The position numbers were made by a program, and so were the translations under genes. The notes under the pieces are model-generated. The model did not search any database and was not told the DNA's origin. It saw nothing but the letters and a program-made list of their open reading frames with translations. A DNA stretch of 63,991 bases, counting the filler, from Candidatus Hydrogenedentota bacterium (lineage in GTDB: Bacteria; JBFMHD01), in the NCBI GenBank assembly GCA_040752395.1. It is 14 parts of 14 records of this genome, joined end to end, with 100 filler letters (N's around TTAATTAATTAA, not from the genome) between each part and the next. Parts side by side here need not be neighbours in the genome. Positions count along the whole stretch, not along the records: positions 62,311 to 63,991 come from JBFMHD010000337.1; 13 more parts are not named here. One strand, 5' to 3'. Below are positions 62,311-63,991 of this stretch, in pieces (within the stretch, counting starts at the first letter, position 1; each line of letters begins with the position of its first letter).

Positions 62311-62642
62311 TCATCTTTTTCTAAAGCCTTGATCCATTTCTGAAATTTTTTTTTATCTATCTCAACGCAACGTTTTATCTTGAAATCATTTTTCATTAAG
62401 TTTTCCTTTAATCTCAATTTAATAAGTTCAGTAGGTTTTCTTTCTTCTTTTTTTGCGACCGCTAAAAGATGATTATATGAGAATAATTTAATGATATTTT
62501 TTATCTCTGTAGAACTCAAATTCTTTATTTTTTGATAAATCGCTTTTTCTTTATTACTGAATGCGATACAAACATTCTTTGTCATTCTGGAGCCTTTTTC
62601 ATCAAGATGCGGAAAATAAATCGATATAAATTCTCGTTTCAT
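62311..62642 (-). CDS. Hypothetical protein (partial)
   Basis: Open frame to the gap; no recognised motif. Confidence 0.4.
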
Positions 62643-62790
62643 AGCCTTTTTATATCACGTTATCATAACCTCGTCAATACTATTCATTGACTCTTTTGTA
62701 AATATATCATAATAAAAATTACAAAAAATAAAAAATGTAGTGAGCATTTTTAGATGCGATAAGCAGGGTTTAAAAGAGACCTCATTTATT

Positions 62791-63991
62791 ATGATCGACA
62801 ATACAGCGATAGCTCATCTGTTTTTTGAAATGGCTAATATTCTTGAGATACTCGGAGAAAACCAGTTCAAGGTAAGAGCTTATCGTAACGCTGCTAATGT
62901 AATAAGTAACCATCCCACACCATTCGCCACAATATATAATAAAGAAAAATTTATGGAGATTGACGGGATCGGCGAAGCCATTGCTGGAAAAATAATCGAG
63001 ATCATAGATAGCGGTGATTTTAATGCCCACAGGGATGCAAAGAAAAAAATACCCGATGGTTTACTTGAGATGTTAAAAATCGAGGGGCTCGGTCCTAAAA
63101 GAGTGGCTGTTCTTTATAAAGAATTAGGGCTCAAAACAATTGATGATCTTAAGAGATCAGCAGAAAACGGTTCGATCCAGAAACTCCATGGATTCGGGTT
63201 AACGATCCAGAATAATATATTAACAGGTATCCAGAACCTGCTCAAATCAAAAGGAAGATTCACGCTTGATGAGGTATTACCTGTTGCCTGTAAAATAATA
63301 GATACGCTACAGAAGATTAAAGGGGTAAAGGAGGTTGTGTATGCTGGGTCTTTGCGGCGATGGAAAGAAACCGTTAAAGACCTTGATATACTTGTTAGCG
63401 GTGATACAAAGATATCTAAAAGAGTGATGGATGTCTTCACGCAGATGGATAATGTTCTGGAAATTCTTCAGAAAGGCGATACCAAATCAAGCGTAAAATT
63501 AAAAAACCAGCTACAGGTGGATTTACGTTTTGTAAGAGTAGATTGTTTTGGTGCAAGCCTTCAGTATTTCACAGGTTCAAAAGAACATAATGTGGCGCTT
63601 CGTTCGCTGGCAAAAGACCGTGGTTATAAAACAAATGAATATGGTCTATTTTATATCAAAGGTAAAAAAGAAAAAAAAGTTGCAGGAGCTGATGAAAAGA
63701 TTTTCTATCAAAAACTCGGGATGCAGTATATTGAACCTGAATTACGAGAAAATACAGGCGAAATAAAATTAGCGCTTGCTAATCAACTACCTCAGCTAAT
63801 CACTCAGTCTGATATACAAGCGGACTTGCAGATGCATACCAATGCCTCTGACGGGATTAATACTCTTGATGAAATGATACAGAGCTGTATCGGTCTGGGT
63901 TATAAATATATGGCTATAACTGAACATTCAAAATCAGTCTATGTTGCCAGGGGTCTTGGAGACGATGAGTTACTTAGATGGATTGAGAAAC
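62791..63991 (+). CDS. polX: DNA polymerase X / PHP exonuclease (partial; not in ORF track)
   Basis: MIDNTAIAHLFFEMANILEILGENQFKVRAY; GSLRR..TVKDLDIL; YFTGSKEHN; DLQMHT..SDG; ITEHS. Confidence 0.95.
   Translation, partial: MIDNTAIAHLFFEMANILEILGENQFKVRAYRNAANVISNHPTPFATIYNKEKFMEIDGIGEAIAGKIIEIIDSGDFNAHRDAKKKIPDGLLEMLKIEGLGPKRVAVLYKELGLKTIDDLKRSAENGSIQKLHGFGLTIQNNILTGIQNLLKSKGRFTLDEVLPVACKIIDTLQKIKGVKEVVYAGSLRRWKETVKDLDILVSGDTKISKRVMDVFTQMDNVLEILQKGDTKSSVKLKNQLQVDLRFVRVDCFGASLQYFTGSKEHNVALRSLAKDRGYKTNEYGLFYIKGKKEKKVAGADEKIFYQKLGMQYIEPELRENTGEIKLALANQLPQLITQSDIQADLQMHTNASDGINTLDEMIQSCIGLGYKYMAITEHSKSVYVARGLGDDELLRWIEK

Noticed and set aside
62782-63766. ORF-track calls 62782-63030, 63114-63440 and 63548-63766
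   Set aside because: They overlap polX (62791 to window end) in other frames.
1-63991. tRNA, rRNA, riboswitch or intact transposase
   Set aside because: None recognisable by eye. An Infernal/Rfam scan would be needed to exclude small ncRNAs.

Overview
The window joins 14 draft-assembly contig segments with 13 artificial 100-nt linkers (N44-TTAATTAATTAA-N44), so adjacency across gaps means nothing. The organism is an AT-rich diderm bacterium. Ordinary content: tad/cpa ATPases, bioBFCDA, pit/DUF47, gpsA, eda, gmhA/hldE-kinase, clpB, yceD-rpmF-plsX-fabH, a SurA/PpiD-like PPIase, PolX, several GT-C-like membrane proteins, and two >2200-aa secreted proteins with T9SS/FlgD-like C-termini flanking a PorV-like gene. 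The most unusual content is non-coding. Many intergenic gaps are mosaics of more than 12 unrelated, mostly 7-nt-period repeat modules, several forming periodically bulged hairpins. They are bounded by a shared ~13-bp terminal motif, GTA(A/C/T)TCC(C/G)TCAGT / ACTGA(G/C)GGA(G/T/A)TAC, or its variant TTTTTCAGAGGAG(TAC). These ends supply the Shine-Dalgarno for many unrelated genes, modules supply some stop codons, and the ends sit about 20 nt outside sigma70 promoters driving toxin-antitoxin-type cassettes, many truncated or fused. This looks like a genome-wide cassette or spacer shuffling system whose enzyme is not in the window (inference). One 2.33-kb contig has an exact 127-bp terminal overlap (probable circle or loop) and carries two unannotated double-glycine-leader peptide genes. 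All product calls come from motif recognition, not database searches.
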